A DNA stretch of 64,000 bases. Source: Bacteroidales bacterium (lineage in GTDB: Bacteria; Bacteroidota; Bacteroidia; Bacteroidales; UBA10428). Location: assembly GCA_016934395.1 (NCBI GenBank), contig JAFGSZ010000080.1, forward strand, positions 33,692 through 97,691. The letters run 5' to 3'. The first letter of the stretch is position 1. Every line of letters begins with the position of its first letter. The notes beneath the pieces are model-generated. The model was not told the DNA's origin, did not search any database, and was given only the letters and a program-made list of their open reading frames with translations. The translations under genes were made by a program, and so were the position numbers. This document shows positions 10,513 to 21,284 of this stretch, piece by piece.

Positions 10513-12335
10513 TTTTTATTCAGAAGATTATCGTTTAACATTCTGTTTTCTATCCATTTTCGGGAATTTGAAATTTCTCCTGTAAGATATTTTTCAATCA
10601 TCAGGCTTGCAATAGGCGCTGCATATGAGGCTCCCCATTTCCCATGTTCAACATAAACCGAAAGGGCAATTTTAGGGTTGTCTTTTGGAGCGAAAGCAAT
10701 AAATACGGAATGGTCCTCTCCATGAGGATTTTCCGCAGTGCCGGTTTTTCCACAAACAATGATATCAGAAATACGGGCAATACGGGCTGTACTTCCAGCC
10801 CCACCATTAACAGCAAGTTCCATACCTTCAATTACAGTGTTGAAAAATCCGGTATCAATCGATGTAAAGTGTTTTTCTAAAAATTTACTGTCAATGGTAT
10901 CTAATTCCTGAATTTGTTTTACCGTATGGGGAATATAATAATATCCCCTGTTAGCCATTACGCAGGCCATATTAGCCATCTGAACGGGAGTAATTAACAA
11001 CTCGCCCTGTCCTATTGCCATAGAAAGAATAGTAAGTGCATTCCAGTGGTTTTGCCCGTAATATCGGTCATAATAAGATGCCTGTGGAATAAATCCGTTC
11101 AATTCATTAGGCAAATCAGTGTTTAGCCGGTTTCCAAAGCCAAAAGTCAGTACATGATCTCTCCAATTATTAAACGCCTCAGCAACAGATTTAAAGTCAC
11201 GATCTTCCATAATGCTTCGGAAAACATTACAAAAATAGGCGTTACATGAATGTTGAATAGCCTGAGGCAGATTTAAAGGAGAATCATGATTATGACATGC
11301 CACTTTAATACCCCTGGCATAATATCCCATATCGCAATAGTATTGCGTGTTATATGTAACATCTTTTTCCTGGAGGGCCACCAAAGCATTTACCAGCTTA
11401 AAAATTGATCCGGGCGGATACCTTGCCATAATGGCCCGGTTAAATAATGGTTCCAGGGTATCGTTTTTAAGCTTATTATAGTTTAGGGTTCTTGGTCTGC
11501 CAACCAGTAAGGAGGGATTATATGAAGGTGTGGAAATTAAAGTAAGAATTTCACCGGTGGAGGGCTCAATGGCTACAATGCTTCCACTATAATTTTTCAT
11601 AAGTTTTTCCCCATATTCCTGCAAGTCTGCATCGATTGTGCAAACCACATTCTTACCAACCACAGCATCCTTATCAAACCGACCATTTTGATAGGGCCCT
11701 TTTATTTTATTATGAACATCCACCAGAAAATAATTCATTCCCTTTTCACCCCTCAACTGAGTTTCATAAGCTTTTTCCAGGCCGCTAATCCCAATATAAT
11801 CACCCATTTCATAATAGGGATTATTTCCAATCATTTCCTCACTCACTTCTCCAACATACCCAAGCAAATGTGAACCAATCTCCCTGTTGTATTTTCGAAG
11901 CGTTCTTGAGCGTAAATAAAATCCGGAATACTTGTATAATTTCTCTTTTAATAAGGCAAAGGTTTCGGGTGATATTTGTTTTAGAAATGGATCTCTCCTA
12001 TGCTTGGGATTATAAGCTTTTTTTATCCCGGTGATGAGTGATTCTTTATCAATATTTAGAATCTGGCACAGCTCAATGGTATCGAATTCTTTAAGTTCGT
12101 AAGGTGCAATCATTAAATCATAGGCAGCCTGATTGTATACCAGCAATTGTCCTTTTCTATCGTACATTAACCCCCTGGAGGGATAAAGAATTTCAATTCT
12201 TTTTGAGTTATTTTCGGCTGATAATTTGTAGGTAGAATCTATTACCTGCAGATAGAGTAATCTGATCAGATAAACCAACACCACTAATAAAACCAGCGCG
12301 GTAACTATATATCTTCTTGCTGAATATTGGTCCAT
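10509..12335 (-). CDS. mrdA: Penicillin-binding protein 2
   Basis: SxxK (PGSIFK), SxN (SCN), KTG (GKTGTA); N-terminal TM; between mreD and rodA. Confidence 0.96.
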   Translation of the reverse strand: MDQYSARRYIVTALVLLVVLVYLIRLLYLQVIDSTYKLSAENNSKRIEILYPSRGLMYDRKGQLLVYNQAAYDLMIAPYELKEFDTIELCQILNIDKESLITGIKKAYNPKHRRDPFLKQISPETFALLKEKLYKYSGFYLRSRTLRKYNREIGSHLLGYVGEVSEEMIGNNPYYEMGDYIGISGLEKAYETQLRGEKGMNYFLVDVHNKIKGPYQNGRFDKDAVVGKNVVCTIDADLQEYGEKLMKNYSGSIVAIEPSTGEILTLISTPSYNPSLLVGRPRTLNYNKLKNDTLEPLFNRAIMARYPPGSIFKLVNALVALQEKDVTYNTQYYCDMGYYARGIKVACHNHDSPLNLPQAIQHSCNAYFCNVFRSIMEDRDFKSVAEAFNNWRDHVLTFGFGNRLNTDLPNELNGFIPQASYYDRYYGQNHWNALTILSMAIGQGELLITPVQMANMACVMANRGYYYIPHTVKQIQELDTIDSKFLEKHFTSIDTGFFNTVIEGMELAVNGGAGSTARIARISDIIVCGKTGTAENPHGEDHSVFIAFAPKDNPKIALSVYVEHGKWGASYAAPIASLMIEKYLTGEISNSRKWIENRMLNDNLLNKK

Positions 12336-12337
12336 TA

Positions 12338-12844
12338 TTATTTACGAAATACAATATATTGACTCATTACAATAAAAAAAACAGAAAAGGAAGAGCTTAA
12401 AATAACCCTCAGAAAAGTTCTGAAAAAATCTGAGAATCTAAAAATTTCAAGGTAGAATAATACAAAATGATGTGCCAAAATTAATATTACAGTATATTTC
12501 AGAAACCATAGAAAACCATAATAATATATTCTGGGATAAGTTCCTGATTCATATCCATCACGGGGTGCCAAGATTTGAAGTACATAAGGCCGTATAAAAG
12601 CCATAAAAACAGTAGCGATTGTATGCATTCCAAGTGTTTCTGAGAAAATATCAACAGTAAAGCCCAGTAAAAATGCTGAGAGCAGTAATAACCAGCCTGG
12701 TGTTTCAAATGGAAGAAGAAGTATAAATAGTAAATATACATATGGATTAATATACCCGCTAAATTGTATATTGTTAAATATCAGTACCTGAATAAGCACC
12801 AATACTAAAAACCGCAATATGTTTCGGGGGAATACTTTAATCAT
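12338..12844 (-). CDS. mreD: Rod shape-determining protein MreD
   Basis: Hydrophobic 168-aa protein between mreC and mrdA; YLLFILLLP, DIFSETLGMH. Confidence 0.9.
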   Translation of the reverse strand: MIKVFPRNILRFLVLVLIQVLIFNNIQFSGYINPYVYLLFILLLPFETPGWLLLLSAFLLGFTVDIFSETLGMHTIATVFMAFIRPYVLQILAPRDGYESGTYPRIYYYGFLWFLKYTVILILAHHFVLFYLEIFRFSDFFRTFLRVILSSSFSVFFIVMSQYIVFRK

Positions 12845-13664
12845 TTGTTGAAGAGGTTTCTAAATCAATTTGTTCTTGTTTCATTAAATTTTTCACCACC
12901 TGAACATTGGTTAAATTCTTAAAATCAATAGTTAGTGTAACTGTTAACTGGTAAAAATTACCGCCCTGAAGTTCAAAATCTTTAACAGTTCCAATCATTA
13001 TTCCTTCGGGATAGGTAGTAGAAAATCCACTGCTTATTATAGTATCCCCGATTTGAATATCAACATGATGCGGAATTTCACTAAGAATAACTTCCCGGTA
13101 ACCTCTCCCATCCCAGGTAACCGGACCAAAATAATTATTCTTTTTAATTTTGGCGCTTATTGCAAAATCACGGTTCAGTGCAGAAATTACGGATGAAAAA
13201 TTAGGGCTTACCTTCTTAACCACACCAACAATACTATTATTAGCCAAAACGGCCATTTCCGGTTCAATCCCATCATTACTGCCTTTATTCAGTGTAATAT
13301 AATTCCGTTGTTTGTTTGTGGAATTATTAATAACCCTGGCATCAATATACACATAATGCTGCTTAAGCAAGGTATCTAATATTTCCGGAGAGTTATTAAA
13401 TGCATTTCGAAATGCATTTTTTTGTAAATTATACAGGTTATTTATTTCTCTAACCAGCGCCCGGTTCTGATTTCGGAGGTCGAGATAATCTTTAGCGTTT
13501 AAAAATCTCTTTGCGAAATTCCCTTCAACAGCATGTTTAAAATTAATAAATCCGGATCTATGGAAATTGTTGTTTTGAATAAGGATTACAAATCCAAAAA
13601 ATTCAAATACAACAAACAACAAAATAAAATAGTATTTTAATATGAATCTAAGAAGATTCTTCAT
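12837..13664 (-). CDS. mreC: Rod shape-determining protein MreC
   Basis: N-terminal TM, coiled coil, TLNKGSNDGI, GDTIISSGFSTTYPEGI. Confidence 0.93.
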   Translation of the reverse strand: MKNLLRFILKYYFILLFVVFEFFGFVILIQNNNFHRSGFINFKHAVEGNFAKRFLNAKDYLDLRNQNRALVREINNLYNLQKNAFRNAFNNSPEILDTLLKQHYVYIDARVINNSTNKQRNYITLNKGSNDGIEPEMAVLANNSIVGVVKKVSPNFSSVISALNRDFAISAKIKKNNYFGPVTWDGRGYREVILSEIPHHVDIQIGDTIISSGFSTTYPEGIMIGTVKDFELQGGNFYQLTVTLTIDFKNLTNVQVVKNLMKQEQIDLETSSTND

Positions 13665-13687
13665 TTATTAAATCTTGGAAGTAAATG

Positions 13688-14710
13688 CTACCTGATTAAA
13701 AATGAAAATTTATCTGAATTTTTTAATGCAATTCCGGTTCCCCGTGCAACAGCATGCAAAGGATCTTCAGCCACTCTGAAAGTAATATTAATTTTATCCG
13801 TTAGCCGTTTATCAAGACCCCTCAATAAAGCGCCACCACCTGCAAGATAAATACCTTTACTTACAATATCGGCATACAATTCGGGTGGTGTCTGTTCAAG
13901 CACGGCTAAAATAGCCGATTCAATTTTTGATATGGATTTATCGAGACAATGTGCAATTTCCTGGTATGAAATGGGCACCTCAATAGGCATAGCAGTCATA
14001 AGGTTTGGCCCCCTAACATTATAATCCGGGGGTGGCGTGTCAAGATCAGGTAACGCAGAACCTGCATTTATTTTAATATCTTCTGCAGTACGTTCACCAA
14101 TTTTAATATTATGCTGGTGTCTCATATAGGCCTGAATGTCTGCTGTTAATCCATCTCCGGCAATACGAATAGACTGGTTACAAACAATACCGCCCAAAGC
14201 AATTACTGCAATTTCGGTGGTACCCCCTCCAATATCCACAACCATACAACCTTCGGGTTCTTCAATATCCAGTCCGATGCCAATAGCCGCTGCCATGGGT
14301 TCATAGATCATATATACATCGCGGCCTCCGGCATGTTCCGAGGAATCGCGAACGGCACGTATTTCAACTTCAGTACTTCCTGAAGGAATACACACCACCA
14401 TTTTCAAGGATGGGGTAAACAGTCTTTGCCTCTGGTCAATCATTTTAATCATTCCCCTGATCATAAGCTCTGCAGCATTAAAATCTGCAATAACACCATC
14501 ACGAAGCGGACGAATGGTTTTAATATTTTCATGGGTTTTACCGTGCATTTGCCGTGCCCTGTTTCCAATCGCTATTAATTTCCCGGTATTTTGATCTATT
14601 GCCACGATGGAGGGTTCATCCACAACTACTTTATCGTTATGGATGATAATTGTATTTGCAGTTCCGAGATCAATAGCAAGTTCCTGCGTCAAAAAGGAAA
14701 AAAGACCCAT
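13688..14710 (-). CDS. mreB: Rod shape-determining protein MreB
   Basis: AIDLGTANT, RPLRDGVIADF, EPMAAAIG, VDIGGGTTE, LAGGGALL. Confidence 0.98.
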   Translation of the reverse strand: MGLFSFLTQELAIDLGTANTIIIHNDKVVVDEPSIVAIDQNTGKLIAIGNRARQMHGKTHENIKTIRPLRDGVIADFNAAELMIRGMIKMIDQRQRLFTPSLKMVVCIPSGSTEVEIRAVRDSSEHAGGRDVYMIYEPMAAAIGIGLDIEEPEGCMVVDIGGGTTEIAVIALGGIVCNQSIRIAGDGLTADIQAYMRHQHNIKIGERTAEDIKINAGSALPDLDTPPPDYNVRGPNLMTAMPIEVPISYQEIAHCLDKSISKIESAILAVLEQTPPELYADIVSKGIYLAGGGALLRGLDKRLTDKINITFRVAEDPLHAVARGTGIALKNSDKFSFLIR

Positions 14711-14809
14711 AAATTTTATATTAAATAATTTTGAATTTTAAACACCTTCAAAGTTTAACGATTATTCTTAGGTTTAGTTCTATGATACTCAATATTTTTT
14801 TAATTTTTT

Positions 14810-16333
14810 TTAATGTTTAAAATGGCGCACTCCGGTAGTAACCATAGCCATTTGATGTGCATCACAATAATCGATAGAATCTTTGTCACGAATTGATCCG
14901 CCGGGTTGCACAACTACATTGACACCCACCTTATTAGCTATCTCAACACAATCGGGAAACGGGAAAAAAGCATCAGAAGCCATAACCCCTCCTTCAAGTA
15001 CAAATCCAAAATTTCGCGCTTTTTCAATAGCCTGTTTTAATGCATCCACACGTGATGTTTGTCCGACACCACTAGCCATAAGCTGCTTATTTTTTACGAG
15101 TACTATAGTATTTGATTTTGAATGTTTAACCAGTTTATTTGCAAACTCCAAATCTGAATATTCCTCTTTTGTAGGTTTTCTTTTGGTAACCGGGGTCATC
15201 TGATTTGAAAATTCCATGCTGATATCCCTGTCTTGCTCAATAATTCCATGGAGCATTGTTCGATGTTGAACAATGGGAAGATCAATGTTCTTACGAATTA
15301 AAATAATCCGGTTTTTTTTCTTTTTTAAAATTTCCAGGGCTCCATCTGCATAAGATGGGGCGATAATTACTTCAAAAAACAACTTGTCTATTTCACCGGC
15401 AGTTTCTGCATCTACTTCTCTGTTGGTAATAAGGATACCTCCAAAAGCCGAAACCGGATCACCTGCCAGGGCATCTTTCCAGGTATCAATTAATTTTTCT
15501 CGAGAAGCTGTACCACAGGCATTATTGTGTTTTAAAACAGCAAATGTAGTTTCCGTAAAATCATCTATCAAATATACTGCTGCTTCAATATCCAACAGGT
15601 TGTTATAGGAAATTTCCTTACCATGAATCTGGTCGAATAACTTCGACAAATCTCCGTAAAATGTCCCTTTTTGATGTGGATTTTCACCATACCTTAATGT
15701 TTTTGCCCCCAAAACGCTTGTTTTAAAAGCTTTTATTTCCAGATTTTTATTGAAGTAATTAAAAATTGCCGTATCATAATCGGAAGAAATATTAAATGCT
15801 TGCGCAGCCAGACGCTTGCGGTCATCTAAACTGGTTTTTCCCTGGTTATTTAATATTGACAACAGATCGGCATATTGGGCCTGGGAAGGAATTATAACCA
15901 CATCCTTAAAGTTTTTTGCAGCAGCCCGAATCAAGGATATACCCCCGATATCTATTTTCTCAATTATCAACTCTTCATTGGCACCCGAAGCTAAAGTTTC
16001 CTGAAATGGATAAAGATCCACAACCACGAGGTCGATCTCTGGAATCTGGTATTTTTCAAGTTGCTCACCATCCGATTTGTTTTCACGCCGGGAGAGAATT
16101 CCCCCGAAAACTTTTGGATGTAATGTTTTAACGCGGCCACCCAAAATGGAAGGATAACTTGTAATATCTTCAACAGCAATTACCTTTACACCCTGCTCTT
16201 CTATAAATTCTTTTGTTCCCCCTGTAGACAATATAGTTATATTTAATTCAGAAAGCTTTTTAATTATTTCTTCAAGATTGGTTTTGTGATATACTGAAAT
16301 AAGGGCGGTTTTAATTTTTTTTTGGTCACTCAT
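14810..16333 (-). CDS. purH: Bifunctional AICAR transformylase/IMP cyclohydrolase
   Basis: ALISVYHK, STGGT, GRVKTLHP, LRYGENPHQ, ASDAFFPF, TGVRHFKH. Confidence 0.98.
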   Translation of the reverse strand: MSDQKKIKTALISVYHKTNLEEIIKKLSELNITILSTGGTKEFIEEQGVKVIAVEDITSYPSILGGRVKTLHPKVFGGILSRRENKSDGEQLEKYQIPEIDLVVVDLYPFQETLASGANEELIIEKIDIGGISLIRAAAKNFKDVVIIPSQAQYADLLSILNNQGKTSLDDRKRLAAQAFNISSDYDTAIFNYFNKNLEIKAFKTSVLGAKTLRYGENPHQKGTFYGDLSKLFDQIHGKEISYNNLLDIEAAVYLIDDFTETTFAVLKHNNACGTASREKLIDTWKDALAGDPVSAFGGILITNREVDAETAGEIDKLFFEVIIAPSYADGALEILKKKKNRIILIRKNIDLPIVQHRTMLHGIIEQDRDISMEFSNQMTPVTKRKPTKEEYSDLEFANKLVKHSKSNTIVLVKNKQLMASGVGQTSRVDALKQAIEKARNFGFVLEGGVMASDAFFPFPDCVEIANKVGVNVVVQPGGSIRDKDSIDYCDAHQMAMVTTGVRHFKH

Positions 16334-16416
16334 TTAATAAATTTGTTTTAAGCGGTTAAAAATATTGTAAAGATTGTTAAAATTAATGTTTAGAATGGTA
16401 TAAATGAACTCTTTTG

Positions 16417-16444
16417 TATATTTGTTATCACAACATCAAAAATA
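16417..16444. promoter_or_regulatory. Pair of opposing -7 promoter elements between purH and the ABC permease
   Basis: TATATTTG at 16417-16424 (+) and CAAAAATA at 16437-16444 (TATTTTTG on -), both matching TAnnTTTG. Confidence 0.45.
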
Positions 16445-16465
16445 ATTGAAAATTTAAAAAATTAC

Positions 16466-17722
16466 ATGCAACTTCTCTATATATTAAAAGAAAGTTTTCG
16501 ATTTGCTTTTAAAACCATTTCGACCAATAAACTGCGTACCTTATTGTCTTTATTAGGGATTACTATCGGAATTTTCGCCATAATTTCAGTTTTCACTATT
16601 ATTGATTCCCTGGAATCGAATATTCGCACCAGTCTTTCTGCTTTTGGTGATGATATTATTTATGTTGAAAAATGGCCCTGGGCTCCGGAAGATGGTCAGG
16701 AATACGCGTGGTGGAAATACCTGAACAGGCCCTTTCCCACTGTTCGTGAGTATTCAGAATTAAAACGCAGGCTAAAGAGCGCACGTTCAATTAATTTTTT
16801 TGCTGCCACATCCAAAACCCTTAAATACAAAAATAATTCTGCAGAAAATGTTGAAATCTGGGGAGCCGGTGAAGATTTTGAGAAGAATCGTTCCTTAGAC
16901 ATTGAGAGGGGAAGATATTTTACTCCATATGAGGTAAGGCATGGAAAAAACCAGGCCATTATCGGAAGTGAAGTAGCTTCCGAACTTTTTCAGAATGAAG
17001 ATCCTATGGGTAAGGTCATTAAAGTATATGGAAAGAAGCTAACCATAATCGGGGTCCTGGCAAAAGAGGGAAAATCTGTTTTCGGAGGAGGGAGCCTCGA
17101 TAAAAATCTTCTTGTACCTCTGAATTTCTTAGCCACCATAGCAAATTTTCGGGATGAACGTGCAAGTCCGATGATTTGGGTACGCGCTGCAGAAGGTGTT
17201 AACCTCATTGAACTAAAAGAAGAAGTCCGCGGGGCGATGCGGGCTATACGAACACTCAGACCTTCAGAGGATGATAATTTCGCTTTAAATCAGACCAGTG
17301 TAATCTCACAGGGAATTAACCAGATTTTTAAAGTAATTAATATTGCCGGCGGATTTATTGGTATTTTTTCTGTACTTGTTGGAGCTTTTGGCATAGCCAA
17401 TATTATGTTTGTTTCCGTAAAGGAACGTACCAATATCATTGGAATACAAAAGGCCATCGGCGCAAAAAGAAATTATATTTTGTTCGAGGTGCTTTATGAG
17501 TCTGTTATACTTTCGCTTTTAGGTGGAATACTGGGCTTGATGCTAATTTATATCGGGACTCTTATTGTGGGTGCTACTACTGATTTTACGATTTATCTTA
17601 CAGCGGGAAATATAATCCTGGGTATAATGATCTCTACTGTTGTAGGAATTATTTCAGGATTTGCACCGGCTTTTTATGCAGCACGCTTAGATCCGGTTGT
17701 TGCTATTCATACTACGTTTTAG
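16466..17722 (+). CDS. ABC transporter permease (MacB/FtsX family)
   Basis: NKLRTLLSLLGITIGI, periplasmic domain, GIANIMFVSVKERT..IGIQKAIGA, PAFYAARLDPV. Confidence 0.93.
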   Translation: MQLLYILKESFRFAFKTISTNKLRTLLSLLGITIGIFAIISVFTIIDSLESNIRTSLSAFGDDIIYVEKWPWAPEDGQEYAWWKYLNRPFPTVREYSELKRRLKSARSINFFAATSKTLKYKNNSAENVEIWGAGEDFEKNRSLDIERGRYFTPYEVRHGKNQAIIGSEVASELFQNEDPMGKVIKVYGKKLTIIGVLAKEGKSVFGGGSLDKNLLVPLNFLATIANFRDERASPMIWVRAAEGVNLIELKEEVRGAMRAIRTLRPSEDDNFALNQTSVISQGINQIFKVINIAGGFIGIFSVLVGAFGIANIMFVSVKERTNIIGIQKAIGAKRNYILFEVLYESVILSLLGGILGLMLIYIGTLIVGATTDFTIYLTAGNIILGIMISTVVGIISGFAPAFYAARLDPVVAIHTTF

Positions 17723-17729
17723 TTGTTTT

Positions 17730-19088
17730 TTAAAATATTCCATAAAACATCCGGGCAATTCCGAGGTATATAAGTAATCCGGTAATATCATTTATTGTTG
17801 TAATAAATGGCCCCGTGGCCAGGGCCGGATCAATTTTAAACCGGTCTAACATCATTGGAATAAATGTTCCGAATACAGATGCAAAAATAATAACCGAAAA
17901 TAAGGCCGCACTAACGGAAACAGTCAATGCCAGAGAATCTGTAAACAGAAGATTATAAATCAACAATAAACCCGCAAGAATAAACCCGTTAATAAATGCA
18001 ACAGATAATTCTTTTACCAGCTTTTTCCAGGTGCTTTGCAAATCCAGCGCGTTGCTGGCAATACTCTGCACCACAATAGCTGAAGACTGAACACCCACAT
18101 TTCCTGCCATAGCAGCAATCAGCGGAATAAAAAAAGCCATATGCGGATCGATCATTATATCTTTTTCAAAAATGCTAATCACCCGGGCACCGAGAATACC
18201 ACCGCATAAACCGATAAACAACCAGGGAATGCGGGCTCTGGTGAGCAAAAAGATTTTATCAGAGGGTTCCACATCTTCTGTAATCCCGGAAATTAACTGA
18301 TAATCCTTTTCCGCTTCTTCTTTCATAACGTCCACAACATCATCGATGGTAATTCTTCCCACAAGTCTTCCAATTTGATCAATAACCGGTAATACCACCA
18401 AATCGTATTTATTCATAATTACAGCCACTTCTTCTGAAGGGGTGTCGGTTCGGACTGAAATTACATTTTCGTTACAGATATTTTTAACTATAGAGTTCGG
18501 CCTGCTAAGCAGCATGCGTTTTAATGAAACTGTTCCTTTTAAAATATCATCATCTGTAACGGCATACACATAATAAATCTCATCTACCTCGGCGGCCTGT
18601 TTTCTCATTTCACGGATGCACTGCACCATATTCCAGTTTTCATTTACTTTTATCAGCTCTTTGGCCATTAGTCCGCCGGCAGAATCCTCATCATACCCTA
18701 ATAAATCTACAATATCCCCTGCCTGTTCAACATCAGCAATATTTGATAAAACTTCCTGCTGTTTCTTTTCGGATAAAACTCCGATAATATCTGCAGCATC
18801 ATCAGAATCCATTTCATTTATAAACTGCCTGGCGATAGTTTTTCCCGATAGAACCTTTAGAAATTCCTCTCTTTCTGCCTCTTCCATTTCGATTAGAACA
18901 TCCGCAGCAACCACTTTATCAAGCATCAGATAAATAAATTTGGCTTCTTCGATATCCAACTCACCATATAATTCTGCAATATCGGCAGGATGCAGGTTCT
19001 GGATCATTTTATGAGCTGCCTGTTTATCTTTTTTTTCAATATTATCCCTGAGTTCGTCAAGGAATTCTCGGGTTAATTCAATATGCAT
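17730..19088 (-). CDS. mgtE: Magnesium transporter MgtE
   Basis: HPADIAE, DSDDAADII, CBS pair, GNVGVQSS, DPALATGPFITTIND. Confidence 0.95.
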   Translation of the reverse strand: MHIELTREFLDELRDNIEKKDKQAAHKMIQNLHPADIAELYGELDIEEAKFIYLMLDKVVAADVLIEMEEAEREEFLKVLSGKTIARQFINEMDSDDAADIIGVLSEKKQQEVLSNIADVEQAGDIVDLLGYDEDSAGGLMAKELIKVNENWNMVQCIREMRKQAAEVDEIYYVYAVTDDDILKGTVSLKRMLLSRPNSIVKNICNENVISVRTDTPSEEVAVIMNKYDLVVLPVIDQIGRLVGRITIDDVVDVMKEEAEKDYQLISGITEDVEPSDKIFLLTRARIPWLFIGLCGGILGARVISIFEKDIMIDPHMAFFIPLIAAMAGNVGVQSSAIVVQSIASNALDLQSTWKKLVKELSVAFINGFILAGLLLIYNLLFTDSLALTVSVSAALFSVIIFASVFGTFIPMMLDRFKIDPALATGPFITTINDITGLLIYLGIARMFYGIF

Positions 19089-19107
19089 AGTGCTTTAATT
19101 GAGTTAA

Positions 19108-19890
19108 TTATTGTTTTTGAATCAAATCTTCAACTAAATTAGTTAATTCGACAAATTCCGAAACAGAAAGTTGTTCCGGTCGTTTTTGAAAAATTGGATT
19201 TTCCGTTTCCGAATATATTAAAAATGATTTAAGGGAGTTCCTCAACATTTTTCTTCTTTGGTTAAATGCAAGCTTTACAACCTTAAAAAAAAGCTCTTCA
19301 TTACATAACAATTTTTCAACAGTATTCCGTTTAAGTTTAATCACTGCTGATATAACATTAGGCGGCGGAGTAAATACCTGCGGATTTACTGAAAAAAGGT
19401 ATTCTACATCAAAATAGGCTTTTAAGAATACACTTAAAATTCCATATGTTTTACTCCCCGGAGGCGCGGCAAGTCTTTCGGCCACTTCCTTCTGGATCAT
19501 ACATACCACTTCAGTAACAGATGCTCTGTATTCCAGAATTTTAAAAAAAATCTGGCTGGAAATATTATATGGAAAATTACCTATAACACAAAATGGCATT
19601 GAAAATATTTCTATCAGGTTAAAATTTAAAAAATCTCCATGATGCAGACGATTATTTAAAGATGGAAATTTTTCGGCCAGGGTATCAATTGCTCTTTTGT
19701 CAATTTCAATACAATGCAAATCAATATTACCATTGTTAAGCATTATCCCGGTAAGGATTCCGGTGCCGGGTCCTATTTCCAGAACATTTGTTTTTGAATA
19801 TACCCCAAGGGCATTAACAATCTTATTCGCAATGTTACTGTCATGCAAAAAATGTTGGCCAAGACTCTTTTTGGGTTTAATTTCGCTCAT
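19108..19890 (-). CDS. rsmA: 16S rRNA (A1518/A1519) dimethyltransferase
   Basis: PKKSLGQHFL, LEIGPGTG, GNFPYNISS, MIQKEVAERL, FNQRRKML. Confidence 0.97.
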   Translation of the reverse strand: MSEIKPKKSLGQHFLHDSNIANKIVNALGVYSKTNVLEIGPGTGILTGIMLNNGNIDLHCIEIDKRAIDTLAEKFPSLNNRLHHGDFLNFNLIEIFSMPFCVIGNFPYNISSQIFFKILEYRASVTEVVCMIQKEVAERLAAPPGSKTYGILSVFLKAYFDVEYLFSVNPQVFTPPPNVISAVIKLKRNTVEKLLCNEELFFKVVKLAFNQRRKMLRNSLKSFLIYSETENPIFQKRPEQLSVSEFVELTNLVEDLIQKQ

Positions 19891-20003
19891 ATTAATACAC
19901 TGAATTTGGTAAAAATAAAAATTAATTTGTTATCCTTGCTTTATAGCTTTAATAATAACAAAATCAGAATAGTCTAATTGTTGATCTGTAACGAGACACT
20001 TAT

Positions 20004-21185
20004 ATGAATTATAACTTTGATGAAATAATCAGCAGAGAGAATACCGCAAGTGTAAAATATGATTTAAGAAAGCAATATTTCGGTTATTCGGATGTTTTTC
20101 CGATGTGGGTTGCAGATATGGATTTTAAGACCCCAGACTTTATAATTAAAGCCATAAAAAAACGACTTGATCATGAAATTCTTGGGTATACCTACAGACC
20201 CGAATCATTTAACTCTTCTGTAGTAAATTGGATTAAAGACCGGCACAACTGGAAAATTAAAAAGGAATGGATCAGTTTTTCACCCGGAATAGTCCCTGCC
20301 ATCAACCTGATTATACTTGCCCTGACTGAACCCGGAGATAAAATAATTGTACAACAACCTGTATACTTCCCTTTTTTTTCTGCCATAAAAAATCATGGAC
20401 GGGTAGTGGTGAATAATCCTCTCACTCTCCGGGATGACCGGTATATTATGGATTTTGAAGATTTAAAAAGCAAAATCGATAAAGATGTTAAAATGCTGAT
20501 TTTATGCAATCCGCATAATCCAACCGGAAATGTATGGAAAAAGGAAGAGCTCGAACAACTGGCTAAAATATGTATTGAAAACAATATTCTTATAGTATCA
20601 GATGAGATCCATTCTGATCTGGTTTATGAAAAATTCAGGCATACTCCCCTGGCATCACTTTCAGAAGAAATTTCACAACAGGTTATTTCATGTTATGCGC
20701 CAAGTAAAACCTTTAATCTTGCCGGCCTATCCACCTCAGTAATTGTATGCGCTAATCCGGATATTTTAAAACGATATAATAAAACTCTAGATGATATTCA
20801 TGTAGGATCGGGAAATATTTTTGGGATGGTTGCACTTGAAGCGGCATATAACGGAGGAAAGGAATGGCTTGAAGCTCTGCTGGCCTATCTGCAAAAAAAT
20901 GTTGCCTTTATTAAAAGTTATTTTGAAGAAAACATACCAAAAATAAAACTTATTCCTCCTGAATCTACGTATATGGTATGGCTGGATTGCAGACAACTTA
21001 ATTTATATAAAGAAGAATTAAAGAATTTTATGTTAAAAGAAGCCAAAATCGGACTTAGTGACGGGCCAATATTTGGCGCTGAAGGTATTGGATTTCAGCG
21101 GATGAATATTGCATGTCCCAAGATTTTACTTGAAGAAGCCATTACAAACTTGTATCTTGCACTAAAAAGAATACATAAAATTTAA
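20004..21185 (+). CDS. MalY/PatB-family PLP-dependent C-S lyase (cystathionine beta-lyase-like)
   Basis: PMWVADMDF, LCNPHNPTG, SDEIHSD, APSKTFNLAGL. Confidence 0.93.
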   Translation: MNYNFDEIISRENTASVKYDLRKQYFGYSDVFPMWVADMDFKTPDFIIKAIKKRLDHEILGYTYRPESFNSSVVNWIKDRHNWKIKKEWISFSPGIVPAINLIILALTEPGDKIIVQQPVYFPFFSAIKNHGRVVVNNPLTLRDDRYIMDFEDLKSKIDKDVKMLILCNPHNPTGNVWKKEELEQLAKICIENNILIVSDEIHSDLVYEKFRHTPLASLSEEISQQVISCYAPSKTFNLAGLSTSVIVCANPDILKRYNKTLDDIHVGSGNIFGMVALEAAYNGGKEWLEALLAYLQKNVAFIKSYFEENIPKIKLIPPESTYMVWLDCRQLNLYKEELKNFMLKEAKIGLSDGPIFGAEGIGFQRMNIACPKILLEEAITNLYLALKRIHKI

Positions 21186-21284
21186 TAATTCATTAAATTA
21201 TTTTTTAAATTGCCCTGATATCATAATTATAAAAAAAGTTCTTAAATTAGAAATCCGGGCTAATCATTCAATTTTATATAGGAT

